Shown here in pieces: positions 49,399 to 61,800 of a stretch of 64,000 nt of DNA. Source of the DNA: Bugula neritina (lineage: Eukaryota > Animalia > Bryozoa); contig OZ037765.1 of NCBI GenBank assembly GCA_964035545.1, forward strand, positions 25,481,504 to 25,545,503, read 5' to 3'. Made by a program: the position numbers and the translations under genes. The notes beneath the pieces were generated by a model. It was not told the origin of the DNA. It saw nothing but the letters and a program-made list of their open reading frames with translations, and made no database searches. Each line of letters starts with the position of its first letter. The first letter of the stretch is position 1.

Positions 49399-52214
49399 AT
49401 GGACACTCCGCACGCATACAACCAATTTCTACTGCCGCCTAGTCCGTGCCAGGAGTTCAGGGTGAGTTAAGACGAATTGATATTTATTAATAATAGCAGA
49501 AATTCATGTGTTAAGTAATCACGATGTTGCTCATTATAATAACTGCTATTACTATTAGTGTAACTATTCTACTTTTGGCGGTAACACTCGTATTCATATT
49601 GATAATGCAGCGACCCAATATTTTGAATTTTGCAATAGACTGTGTCTCTCATGCTGGCAAAATGGTACGAGAGCTTATAAAGTAGCATAAGTCGAAGAGC
49701 AATTTGGACCAAATGCTTTTATATAATAAATATCAACAGCTCAGCCAGTATTTCGAACTTGTGCTCTTGTCATTGCGTCCTCATCTTGGATCATACTGAT
49801 AGTAATACTCATACTATCAGTATCAGTATTCTTAGCCTCTGATTATGATGATCCTAGCTGCAAAATTAGATGTGTTTCAAGAAAACCCCATATTATTATA
49901 TTTATATTGATAGAGGAATAAAACTAGACTCGGCCACCTTAAAGTTGGTCATACTAATAGCTGTAATAATAAATAATAAAAAATTATATATCTATCATTA
50001 AATCTCACAGTGGAGCTGTTGTCATACCACTATCTGGCCAATCAAATTCACATTAAGTAATCGGTAGCTATATGCCATAGCTACAGCCTATCTTAAATTT
50101 GAAGTTTTTCTCTTTTGAATTGCACCCCTCCTTGGCATGCATCATGGTCATGATTTTATAATACAATTACAAAGCATAATCCATATACATTATTCAGAAG
50201 AGTTTGTGTTATTCCAACAGGAACATTACTTGGCTGATTCGTCTATGTACCTTGATGATACTTGGAAACATCAGCCTGATTACAGCTCGGATTCAAATCC
50301 CTCCATGTCTCCACTCCATGATTATGTTCCTCAAAGCTCCCCAAATCTCACCAGTATGACTTCATTCATGCCTGGTTCTGATTATAGGATCATGGGCACA
50401 AGCTCCAACTATAATGCCTCCTCGCTGCAGTCAGGTAGTCTAAATAATCTGTATATCACTAGATATATCTCATCTTCACACTTCTCATATTTAAAATTAA
50501 ATATGTGGAGGTATTGCCTCATCCTAGATTCAAATATTGGTAGTCTACATGTACATTAAATTTATAAACTTGAAAGCCCATATTAATTTTCATTAAATGC
50601 TGATAAGTCGATCATTATTGCAGGGGAGTCGTGTGGTTGGCAAAATAAGTCTCCCCAATGCTGGGAACAGTGTGACGTATTGCAGTGGATACAAAGTCAG
50701 TGTGGTGGGAGGGCTGTTCGCTGGGACGCATTTGGGGATGTTGATGGCGCGAAGATGTGTGGCATGTCAATGGAAGATTTTCAGCACCGTGACCCGAACA
50801 ACGGATGCCAGCTCTACATGGCTTTTGATGAAATCAAACAAAGGGATCTCCAGTACCAACAGGTTTACTTTCAACAGCAAACTGAAGCACCCATCAACCA
50901 ACAAGGTAATATTTCAATGACTGCCCAATTACCAATAAATATTTGTAGTCGAAATTTTATAGTTTTAAAATAAATTGCCAATAAGTTTTTAAGTATATTC
51001 TAATTTTAAAGTGATGGCTGGTAAGTCAAGTTGTCTGATTATTAATTTTAGGAGAGGGACAAATTCCATCATTGTCACTGGACAGTTTCATTGCTATGGT
51101 TTCTTTTGATAAACATGACCAATTTACTTCTCTACCTGGCATCGATACTTTCACAACAACGCCTGATGCTCAGCCAGCCACATCTGCTGCACCAGTGCCA
51201 TTGGTGCTACCAAAACCAGAGCCGAATGACACAGACTCTGATCGACCATCACCCCCATCATCTCCAGCAACGTCTGAAGATTCCTACATCTCCACACGGC
51301 CTGTGAACAGAAGTAAGTAGATATAGCTGAATATTTTGATGGAATAAATAGGCCAGATGTTTGCTGAGTTACTTTTCTATACCATATTTTTGTTACAGGA
51401 GGAAGAACCAAAGGGAAGCTTTGGGAATTTGTACTTAGTCTGCTAATGAATAAGCAACACAACCCAGAAATCATCAAATGGGAGGATAGGGCAAATGGAG
51501 TATTTCGAATTGTTCGGTCTGACCAGGTAGCCAAGCTCTGGGGCATCAGAAAATCCAACCCTTCAATGACCTATGAGAAGATGTCTCGTGCCATGAGGTA
51601 GTGTATGGAAATAAAAATATATTATATTGAATCATAGTATGCTGAAGAGAAAAGGTCAAAGGAGCTTTTTAAAATTAAAATGGGCAATTGGAAAGCAAAT
51701 GACCACTTTCTTTGTCATGTGTATAGGTACACCCGCAAAATGGGATTTCTGGCAGAACTTCCTGAGGGCCACAATTACCCCAGGAAGTTAACCTTCAAAA
51801 TGGGTGAAAATGCCACTGGTTGGCGTTAGGTTAGAAATTCAGAGTGGAAACCCTTTTTACTATAACCACACTGTTTTATCATTATCACTACTGACCCTTC
51901 ACTTCGTAAAGCTGTTCTGTGGCATAACATTTTTCATCATGTCAATTGTTTTTATGCACAGGACTACTTTTCCAGCTTGTCTGCTTCCAGCTTTCATATA
52001 ATAGCAGTGTGTGTGTAAACTTTCTTCTGTTTCCATGTTTTGTTATACAAAAATTGTTGCAATTAAAGCTGTACAAAATAAAATGGCTTCATAATCATAT
52101 AACTTTTTTTCTGATGGCAGGTATTACTACAGAAAGAACATTCTTGAAAGAATAGATGGAAGGCGTTTGGTTTATAAATTTGGAGCATCTTCAAGAGGAT
52201 GGCAACTTGACTAA
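49399..52214 (+). CDS. EHF: ESE-class ETS transcription factor (EHF/ELF3/ELF5-like) with PNT/SAM and ETS domains; canonical isoform exons 49399-49461, 50221-50434, 50624-50905, 51052-51312, 51399-51597, 52121-52214
   Basis: PNT domain: [18 protein letters not shown]...[13 protein letters not shown]...[11 protein letters not shown] domain: [10 protein letters not shown]...[41 protein letters not shown]|[27 protein letters not shown]. The tail is typical of the ESE subfamily. The symbol marks the subfamily, not strict orthology. Confidence 0.9.
51727..51829 (+). CDS. Alternative (proximal) terminal exon of the ETS gene encoding a divergent helix-3 end and wing: (R)[33 protein letters not shown]
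   Basis: Acceptor CTTTCTTTGTCATGTGTATAG in the same phase (2) as the distal exon. The frame is open and aligns to the distal exon (RKLTFKMG....GW vs RRLVYKFG....GW). It has its own stop and a downstream AATAAA. Confidence 0.82.
52077..52082 (+). promoter_or_regulatory. Candidate poly(A) signal for the proximal ETS terminal exon
   Basis: AATAAA (with ATTAAA at 52062-67) about 250 nt after the proximal stop and about 40 nt before the distal exon acceptor. The distal exon has its own AATAAA at 52520-25. Confidence 0.55.
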
Positions 52215-52858
52215 TTCCATTGATCTTTTAACTCTCTCTCCCTTACCGACCTGCACTTGTACACCGGACTCTGGCACAAAACTTGGCATTTCTGGCCATG
52301 TATTTTTCTTTTGTTACAATAACCTCAAAGTAATTGAGATTAAAAAGTAGCTTCTATGAAGCATTTAAAAGTATAGTTTTATTATACTTGCACAACTAGT
52401 TTTATATTTGTATTTTATATTTCTGAGTGAAGAAAACCCACATAATATATATATATCTATTAAATTTATATTTTATCTTTCAACCCTTGAATTGTTACAA
52501 ATTTGAGCTAAAATTATATAATAAACTATATTATATCCATGGCTAATATTGTGAATTCAAATTTGTAAAATATGTAAAATTCTACGTATCAAGAAATTAG
52601 CTACTGCTAACATTGTACTAAAGTTAATTTGCTGTAAAAGATTATGAATGCCCCTTTAAAAGTATATTTGAAAGAAATGATTGAGCTTAGCAGGTTTCAA
52701 TTGCAAAAAGTGAGATAACCAAGTAAGCAAAAAATGTCGATATGTATAAAGATCTCTGATTCAAAAGCACAAATGCCAAGACGATAGTGAATAGTTGTGA
52801 ACCTGTCCATTATATAACCACTATGGCCCTAAGCATACAGATAGAGGACAGGTGGTGG

Positions 52859-55800
52859 CTACCAGGCAAATCGGTCTATAAGCAACTGTTGTCCTTCCAG
52901 ATCTTTCTGTACCTTTTTCCGTAAATAAAATATTGGACAATCTCGACTACAAATTCACAAACCAGGAGTGAGTGTAGTGAAAAAAATGAATCGAAAAGCT
53001 TGAGACTTTTATAATTACAAAAACAACTAGCTACTTGAACAAACTCCATGATGTTTATAAGTATAGAAATTAATAATAATCAACAACTGCAGATTATATA
53101 AGACTAGTTGAAGGCAGCAATGAAGTGAATCTCTACCATACAGTAAATACAGTAAAAGTATACCTTTGAAGCTATCTCTGCTCTGCTTATAAACTGGTTT
53201 TAACAAAGCCAAGATTTTGAGTTGCAATATCACAAGATTTCAATAAATGCAGTGCATGTTGGGTAAAACTGCAGATCAAACTTAACCTATCAAATACATA
53301 GAAATACAGTAGCACCACTAGCCAACCTGGTACATAGAACTTCTTCATGTAAACTGCCTGAACATCTTTGACATTGAGTCCACAGCTTTGAGAAATTCTC
53401 TTCTAAATGTTGCAAATTTGAGATTTCTTTCTGATATATTTCAGATTCTTTTGCCTTGCAGTAAGGACACACTGCTTGCGATTCGTCTAAAAATATTCCA
53501 ATTGTACACAACAAAACTTGCCAAGCTATCTTGCAAACATTATTTCAGGGAATTGATGCAATATTTGCACAAATGATCCTGGCTAAGATAAAGACTTCCA
53601 GACACTTCTTTTTGCAAATGGCGCCATTTAGTATGGCTGTTATCACTGAACAGTTTATATAACAGCTAAACCAAAATTAGTTGAATGCAAATGGACAGTG
53701 AACTAAGCCAATCAAACAGCTGTGAACACTGTTGAAACTAAAAGTGATTTAATTTTTTAGAAATTTCACTCCTGTCTCAGTGAAACTAACCATTTGCACT
53801 AACATTGTGACTGTCACTGACTGATGAATCAGTGTGAATGCATATAACACATTACTATATATAGAAGCTATCATGTAGAGTTCAAGTAAGATAAGTTTGT
53901 TTCAAATTTCAACACAAGCCAACCAGTGAAATAAATCGTATAAGAGATTCAAGGCAATCATACCTTTGGAGTCCAATGCTGCCCGGCAGCCTACACACGT
54001 CACCCTCTTTTTGGTGAAGGCAGCCAGCCCACCGACTTTAGACATAACTACAGTTTTCACTCTGGTATGATCGCCATCTAAAACATATTTCAAATAACGG
54101 TTATTTCCACATGTTTTCCACCATTGCAATGACAAGATTATAGATATATGCTGGAGCAGAAGACAGAACTTTATAGTACAAGAAGTTGTCCAAGTGTCTG
54201 ACTATGAAATAAACAATAACATTTTAAACCAGAAAACCAAATTACAAATTAAAAAATTAAAGCTGAGTAAAAGTTTGCATCACTGTATCCAACAGCCAAC
54301 CTGCACCCTAACCAGAAGGCAGAAAACCATTATGAGAAATACGCCATAACTGCATGTATATAGCCGTAGGGCAGTAGCAGAACTCACGGAGAAGAACTGA
54401 TTCAGCTTTCTTCTCTCCAAGTATAGGTTCAAATATGCGGAGTAGTGGCTTGGCTATCTGTTGGTCCAAGTAATATTTGGTGTCAATTGGGATATTGTTG
54501 TCCAATACATAAATGGGATCCTGTAGGAGACAAAATATACTTGTATGTACTTATTGCGGTGTAACCTATTCATCTACTTCACAACTCCAGTCACACAATC
54601 CATCAAGCTGATGCGAAGAATGTACAACAGCTAGGGGAAGTCCCTTACACACCAGCCACAAGCTGGCATTATTTTTGTTCATTCAACCAATGATAGTATC
54701 AACGCGATACGTCACTTGGCAAACAACAACCATAATGGCTAACATAATGGAATCGCAATAACCAGTGTAGCACCTGGCAGTGCTCAAAATGGCGTACTTT
54801 AGATGTACGTTAAAAATATTTTCAACTATGAAGCAACTGCAAACAGCCATACCCTGGATCCTTTTAAAAACCTTATTTTAAAAGAAAAACATTAAGGGAG
54901 CTCTTTCGTTTTGGGTGTTACGTACAGAGTTGAGTCACACAGGGTCCGCTAGAGTGTAACCCATATCTGGAGCAAAGCCAGGTCACGTACACATTATGCC
55001 TTGTCACATGACCTGCGCATAAAAATAGCTCAGTGATCGATTGCACAGAGGTATGCAGCTTACAACTGGTTGTTATTTTTCATACCGAGCCTGTTAGGCA
55101 GGGGAGGTACAGAATTTCACCCACCTAGATACCTGTAACTGATGTTAGAGTAGCTGCAACCGCTACTACTACTACCACTATTAACACTACCACTAGTCCT
55201 TTACTAAAATTACCACCACTGCTACCACCACCACTGTTACCATTACTACTACTATCACCACTTCCACCACTACCACTATTACTTCCACTAGTAGTAGTGG
55301 CACTGAGAAGTCACTAAAACACTTATAATAAGAAATTTTCACTCTTTAATAAAAACCATTAAAAGCTTTGCTCTTTCTGCAAAGTTGCAGTTTGTAATTC
55401 TGGTTTCAAACCAGGAGCTTCGTAGACCAGGCATAGGCTATAGATTTTTATCTACACTATTACTTGGAATTGTGGGAAGCTAGTAGGCCTCTAGCATAGA
55501 GACAATTTGTGGCAATGATAAGATTCCATGACTATCTGACTGTTCCACTGACATTAATAATGTAATTCAATAGAGATCAATAGGAAAGAACCATCAGGTG
55601 ATGTTGACAATACTTTTGTAAAATACCAAGTGCGCACTTATCAATACCACATATGTAACAAGTTTCAGTAAAACTGAAAAAAGATGCTGTCATTGTAAAG
55701 CTACATGCAGACTAACATGTAACAAAATTCAAAACCAGATTAACTTTGGTGGCTGATGATTTGAGTTAAAATATCACTAAAGAAATAACATTAAAAGAAG

Positions 55801-58800
55801 CAGAGGTTAGTGAATAAAAGGAATACAGGAAAGCAGTAGAAGAGAAGTATTTAGTAGGCTTGAGCTTGAAATTGTTTTTATAAGTAACAGATGAGGAAAC
55901 ACCATCACTGGCTTTCCCTGGATCGATCTCAGATCGATCTTAACGAGATTGATCCATGGAAAGATGTCAAAGATCGATCTGAGCTGGCCGGTCTGTAGAG
56001 ATCGAACTCAGATCTCAAGGCAATAAGACCATGGAAAGACGAAAGATCTAAGCACATTTCTCAAGTCGATCTCGGTGAGATCGGTCCATGGAAAGCCGGT
56101 GAATATTTGCGGAAGAAGTTAAACCAATACCAAATATGCCAAAGCTTCCACAGGCCTTGCAAAGCCATAATTATGAGTACATGCAACTTATGAGGAGGGG
56201 GTGAGGGATGTGTAGTGAAAAAAATATTAATTAAGTATGATTTTCAGTATTGCTGGAAAACCAAATATTAACATTTCCATTTATAAAAAACGCTTTGAAT
56301 GAAATAAAAGTGATGCTACAGGATCACTTTTGGTATATTTGTTGATATTTTCTATGCTGCCAAAACACTGGTAGTGTGATCATCTGATTGTACTAGAAAC
56401 GTCCATAGAGTCAAAGCACATTGATCAGTAAATTAAAAATTGTTTCACTAAAAACTTGCTCTGTATTTTTATCTCACTTCAAAACTTCTGTTAATAAAAT
56501 AATACACCTGTTTAACAAATACTATGTTTGAAGGTTTTCCCTCTATTAATTAGCCTGAAGCTGTCCAGACTATTACTGCATTTTTTCCATGACTGCGAAT
56601 TATGCCATGAATGCCATATGGATTAATTTGTGCTTGCGGGTTTACATTAACTTACGGCTGTAGTTTCATTCAACGCAACTATTTCCATTTGGGTGAATGA
56701 AAAATCCATTCCCATAAAGGGAATGATGGAAATGAAGTGTATGCATGCACTGTGAACTAATCTTTTAGCTAGAGAAAAAAAGGAAAAAGATCCTGCCTCA
56801 CCTCTGACTTCTCGTAAGCGGCAGCACCTTTTCCTTTAGCCACTATAACATACGGAACTCTATCACCCAGTTGTGGTGCACTGCCCGCATCTCTTTTCTT
56901 CATTCTGACATAAAGTGACACATTTTTAAATGATTATATCAGCCACCATGATTTTAGCATACAGTAGTTGACAGGTCATGAAAACAGATACAATTAGAAA
57001 CTGCAAGAAATATTTTTTAGTATCTCCATTGATTCGATCCTACCATCACATTTTACTACAGCTTTTACATTATGCTACAATGCAGTGACACACAACATTG
57101 TATAAATTATCACAATGATTGAATTTCTAATTTCTAATCAAAATAAATGCAAATGCAAATACTATGGTATTACTTGTTAGCTAGGACCACATGAGCCTGC
57201 TTGGCATGATACTCTCCGTCAGTTTTGGTCAGCTCTTTAGTGATGATGAGTTGTGAGATGTCCACTCTGTTGCACAGGAGGTCAGAGATCATCTGCTTGG
57301 CGTAGTCTATGGCAGCGTCAGGGTTTCTGAACAGAAGACAGTCATTATAGGGCAACACCAGGTCCTGAGCAGACTGCAGCATTTTTCTGCTTTAACCCTA
57401 GCTAATAAAAAAACTAGTTTCTTGTTGTAGATTGTCAATTGTCTATTCTGTAAATTCTTCAATTAAAGATACTTTAAGATTACAAAACATCTTTTATAAC
57501 TTTCTAAGGTTTACCAGGAAGGATTCTCTGGCATGAGATGAATTCATCACGATAAACTCATAGCAAGAGTGCTGTGTGTTTAGTTTGGTTTCTTGTATTC
57601 AATATTTAGATTGAAGCTGGAAATTTACTTTTCATTACCGGAATTTGAAGCAGATATTTATAACAGCAACCTCATCAACTTATAATGACACTAATGGGAT
57701 GAGATTATCAAGCTTGAAAAACATGAAGGGGAATTCTCACCAGATCTCACTCAATAAACCAATTATTCACCATTTCAGGTTGGCAGCTTAAGTTTTAATC
57801 TATCGACCAGACAACTATAGCACTAAAATAAATATAATTGGCAGCTAAACTTGTTTCTCACGGAGTAGAAAAGGGTTGAACTTCATCTTCCTTGTAAATT
57901 TCATCTCTAATGATTTTATCAAATCCAGTGGCAATTACAAATACAAGTTGATTTACAAAGAACAGCCTATGTTGTTTTAGAAGCAAACACCTGGAATCAA
58001 GCAAGGTGTACTTGATATGTACCATTTGCTGATAACCCAACTCTCTATACCTTTCAATCAAGATCTTCTGCAGACACTGATTTATTAGATTTGCCACCAG
58101 AGGGCAGTTGTCTCTTCTCACTGTCTCAATGCCTTTACAGTCCATCTTATCATGAACATCTGGCTTTGTGAAAAATAGACCTGCATATCTTTTCTTGTTG
58201 ATGAGCAAATACGGAAAGTACACCTGTTTATAGATAATAAGAATTGCCTTAGTTATTTACCATAGCAAGAGGCAAAACTATTTGCAATAACTTAGTATGA
58301 GATTTGAGAAAGCTCACATAGTGCCAATGTAATCATTTGTATTATCTAAACTAATATAAATCTGAAAGCTTTATCAAACATTCTATAGACAAGATAATGT
58401 TGGCTACATGCAGCTAAGTATGAAGCAAGACTTGGCACTAGAAGGTAGGCATGTTACGTAAGATGATGCAATGAAGGCGAAATTTATTACGATATCAGAT
58501 TGCATTGAAATCACAACTATACTGATGGCTATGTAGATATATCGCCCAGGTTAATGTAGCATACAAACACTTGGACAAAATTCAGTATATTATTATAAAT
58601 GTGGCATGGCAAATATACCAACCAGTACCACTTGAAGATAAAAATCAATTACAAGTGTATACTTTTTCATAGATACAACACTTGAAACCGAGCAAGAAAT
58701 GGATGTAAATTAGTAAAATGTAGCCACAAGATTGAGGTCATGTGACAGCAAAAACTGAATTGGACAGGCAATTTGCAGCCTGAAATAAACCCAGCACCTC

Positions 58801-61800
58801 AAAGCCTGTTTCATATAAGCAAAACTCTACAGAGGTTAGGCATATATTCACATAAACTGGTGAAGTTTCAGCTATATATTTGAAAAGATCATTTGTTACT
58901 GTATGAAATCATGAAAATGGTTCCCGAAGAAAAATATGTTAAATGCTGGAATATAGATTTTTGCTTAGCTCAGATTTTTAGTTAGAATTTTGGAATCTAG
59001 TAGCTTTATTTGATAGCCAAACAACTTTTCTAAGTTTAGTTGAAATTAGCCTTTAAAAAATCTGCAATTCTGCCCACCCTTGTAGAGTCATGGAGGCTGA
59101 TACAAATAAAGATTAAAAAAGCAGTAATGCTGTTTGAATCTTTATTTGTAAGAGATAACTTCCTGTTTGAAGTAAAAATGTTTGCTTTCTGAAATTTTTC
59201 CCATTTCAAAAAATAATAATTTGTCTTACAGACACGTATTGACTGAAATATGAATGATGTGGTCTAACCTTTTCAAATTCAAGTTTGATTGGTTTGATGA
59301 ATTTAGCAGACACAAAATCAGCAGCTTCCCTTCCAAGTTCCATAGCGGCAGCAACATCTTCAACATTAAACTTGACCATCACAGAGTCTGTGTCTCCGTA
59401 TATTACCTAACAAGGTGTGGCAGTACTAGTTAGTTATCATATATATTACCTAACAAGGTGTGACAGTACTATTTAGTTATCATATATATTACCTAACAAG
59501 GTGTGGCAGTACTAGTTAGTTATCATATATATTACCTAACAAGGTGTGACAGTACTATTTAGTTATCATATATATTACCTAACAAGGTGTGACAGTACTA
59601 TTTAGTTATCATATATATTACCTAACAAGGTGTGACAGTACTATTTAGTTATCATATATATTACCTAACAAGGTGTGACAGTACTAGTTAGTTATCATGT
59701 AGTACTGGGACTGGAATACTACACTGACTAGCTAGTTTCAGGTCCATAAGCCTAAATCAAGGGTCAAATCAACTATAAAAAGCAGTCAAAACCCTTAGTT
59801 ACACACATCGCTAATTTGAAACTATCACTGCGTTTCCATTATCGCATTATGCGAATGGATTTTTTTCATTCGGCTAATGGAAACAGTTACATCGGATGAA
59901 ACCGCAACTATAAGGTAATGCAAACCACAAACCACAAATAATCCGTACGAAGCATTCATTCGCATTATGCGCAGTCATGGAAACGCAGTGTATAACTAAC
60001 AACACATCCGCGTTTCTTGCAAGGGAGCAATGCAGTGTGTGCCCAAGGCACACAGAGCTATGTTATGCTCAGCACTAGGTATTACCCATAGCATCATTTT
60101 TTCTATCATAATATTAAAACTGAGCAATGGACTTTTTAAAAGTTCCCAACTAAAAGAGCAGTAGACGTAAATGTGCTTTTTGATAGCTGGGAAAAGGATT
60201 TATTTACGAGATCCTATAAACTCAAGAATATCCCTTGAAAGCCTAATAAATTGTTGTCATTTATCATCGCCCAGTGATCTATAGCAAAGACATTAATTAA
60301 GTAGGGAGCTATGAAAGCCCATTCTATTAGCAAAATTCCAATAGGCTATGTTAGAATGTTGCAAATGGATGTTGCAAATAATTTTCAAAAAAATACTAAA
60401 CATGAAATGCTTTTAACCACATGGTATTAGTCTCCATGGTTACCAAGATAAACATAGAGATCAGCGCATAACAGGCATTTCTCTTGGAAAGGGAGAAAAT
60501 TTGATCAACAAGCATTTTATATCTACATGTTTACACCGAATGAAAAACGGCTAGCGACTTGCTTTTACTTCACATCCAACTGTGAGTGAATAGTTAATAA
60601 CAAGGTTGCAGATACTACCAATTGCCTATAAAAAGTAAATATTAAACTGATAATAATTTACGTAGCATAATGTAAATCATAAATTAGATGAATTTCAAAT
60701 GTGTAATATCAAGTGCCCATCAGGTTTCACAGTGTTTTAGTTACAATACTACATCATAGATTATCAAATAATTTATACATTCCTATACATCAAGCAGTGA
60801 ACAAACTATTCAGCATAATATTAGTGGCAATTCTTTAGAATTGAGACCATTATGTTATCAAAGGAAATGAAGCATTGAAATTAGTTGATGTTCAATCTGC
60901 ATGATGGAGTGAGAGGTATTGAATTATGTTTACTTGCATCTCCATCCAGACTGCTAGAATGTACAGCCTTTTATCTGATGATTATTCGAAACAGAGTGTC
61001 TTCTAAGCAATTTTTCACCAGCATTAGTTTTATCATCTAATTATCATTTCAATGCACAAAGTTGTTTATTGCTACAAATTATTGCAGGCCCATTGATAAT
61101 AATGAGTAATTCAATCTATTTATTGTGATATAATCAATTCTAACATAATAGGCAATTTCTTTCTAATAAGACAGAAAACAATAATAGGTTTGAGAAAGAG
61201 TAGATAAACCGGTTCCAGTTGCTGCATTAACAAAATTATTGCTATTCTATAAAGTTTCTATAAGGTCAAACATGTTTAATGCACAAATGAAAAAAACTGC
61301 CCGGTGAAATTTCAACTGCGTGTCAGGATATTTGTCTTTCAGCTGTGGAGGTATAGAAACATTACACAAGTACAACCAAATTTTCATTAGAGAGTCATTG
61401 AGCAACTCTAAAACAAGATCTAAAACTTCTAGCATATATCTTTGACAATCTGAGTAATACTTTTATGAAGAAAAGTTATTGTCAGCGAAGTTCCTCAACA
61501 ATTTGGGAATAGATAGCCTGAGCATGCTGATTGACTTATTGTGCACCGCATAGCAAACTGGTGACTTCAACCGGCAGGAAGTGAAGCTGGAACGTTGCCA
61601 GCAAATAGTTGCTGCTGCATCTATAATTAGGTTTATTGCTTGGAATTACTGTCAATATGTAGGCCACATTAGTCATAGCTCAAAGATTGCAATCCCATCA
61701 ATACATTGCGCAACAAATTGCAAACATGTGGCAATAGTTACAACAGACTAGGCAAGGGCATGTAATCGCAGCTGCATAAAATAAAACTATGGACAGGGTT

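Noticed and set aside
59401-59698. Regularly spaced repeats resembling a CRISPR array (also 11211-11755)
   Set aside because: The units are contiguous with no unique spacers, there are no cas genes, and the context is a eukaryotic intron.
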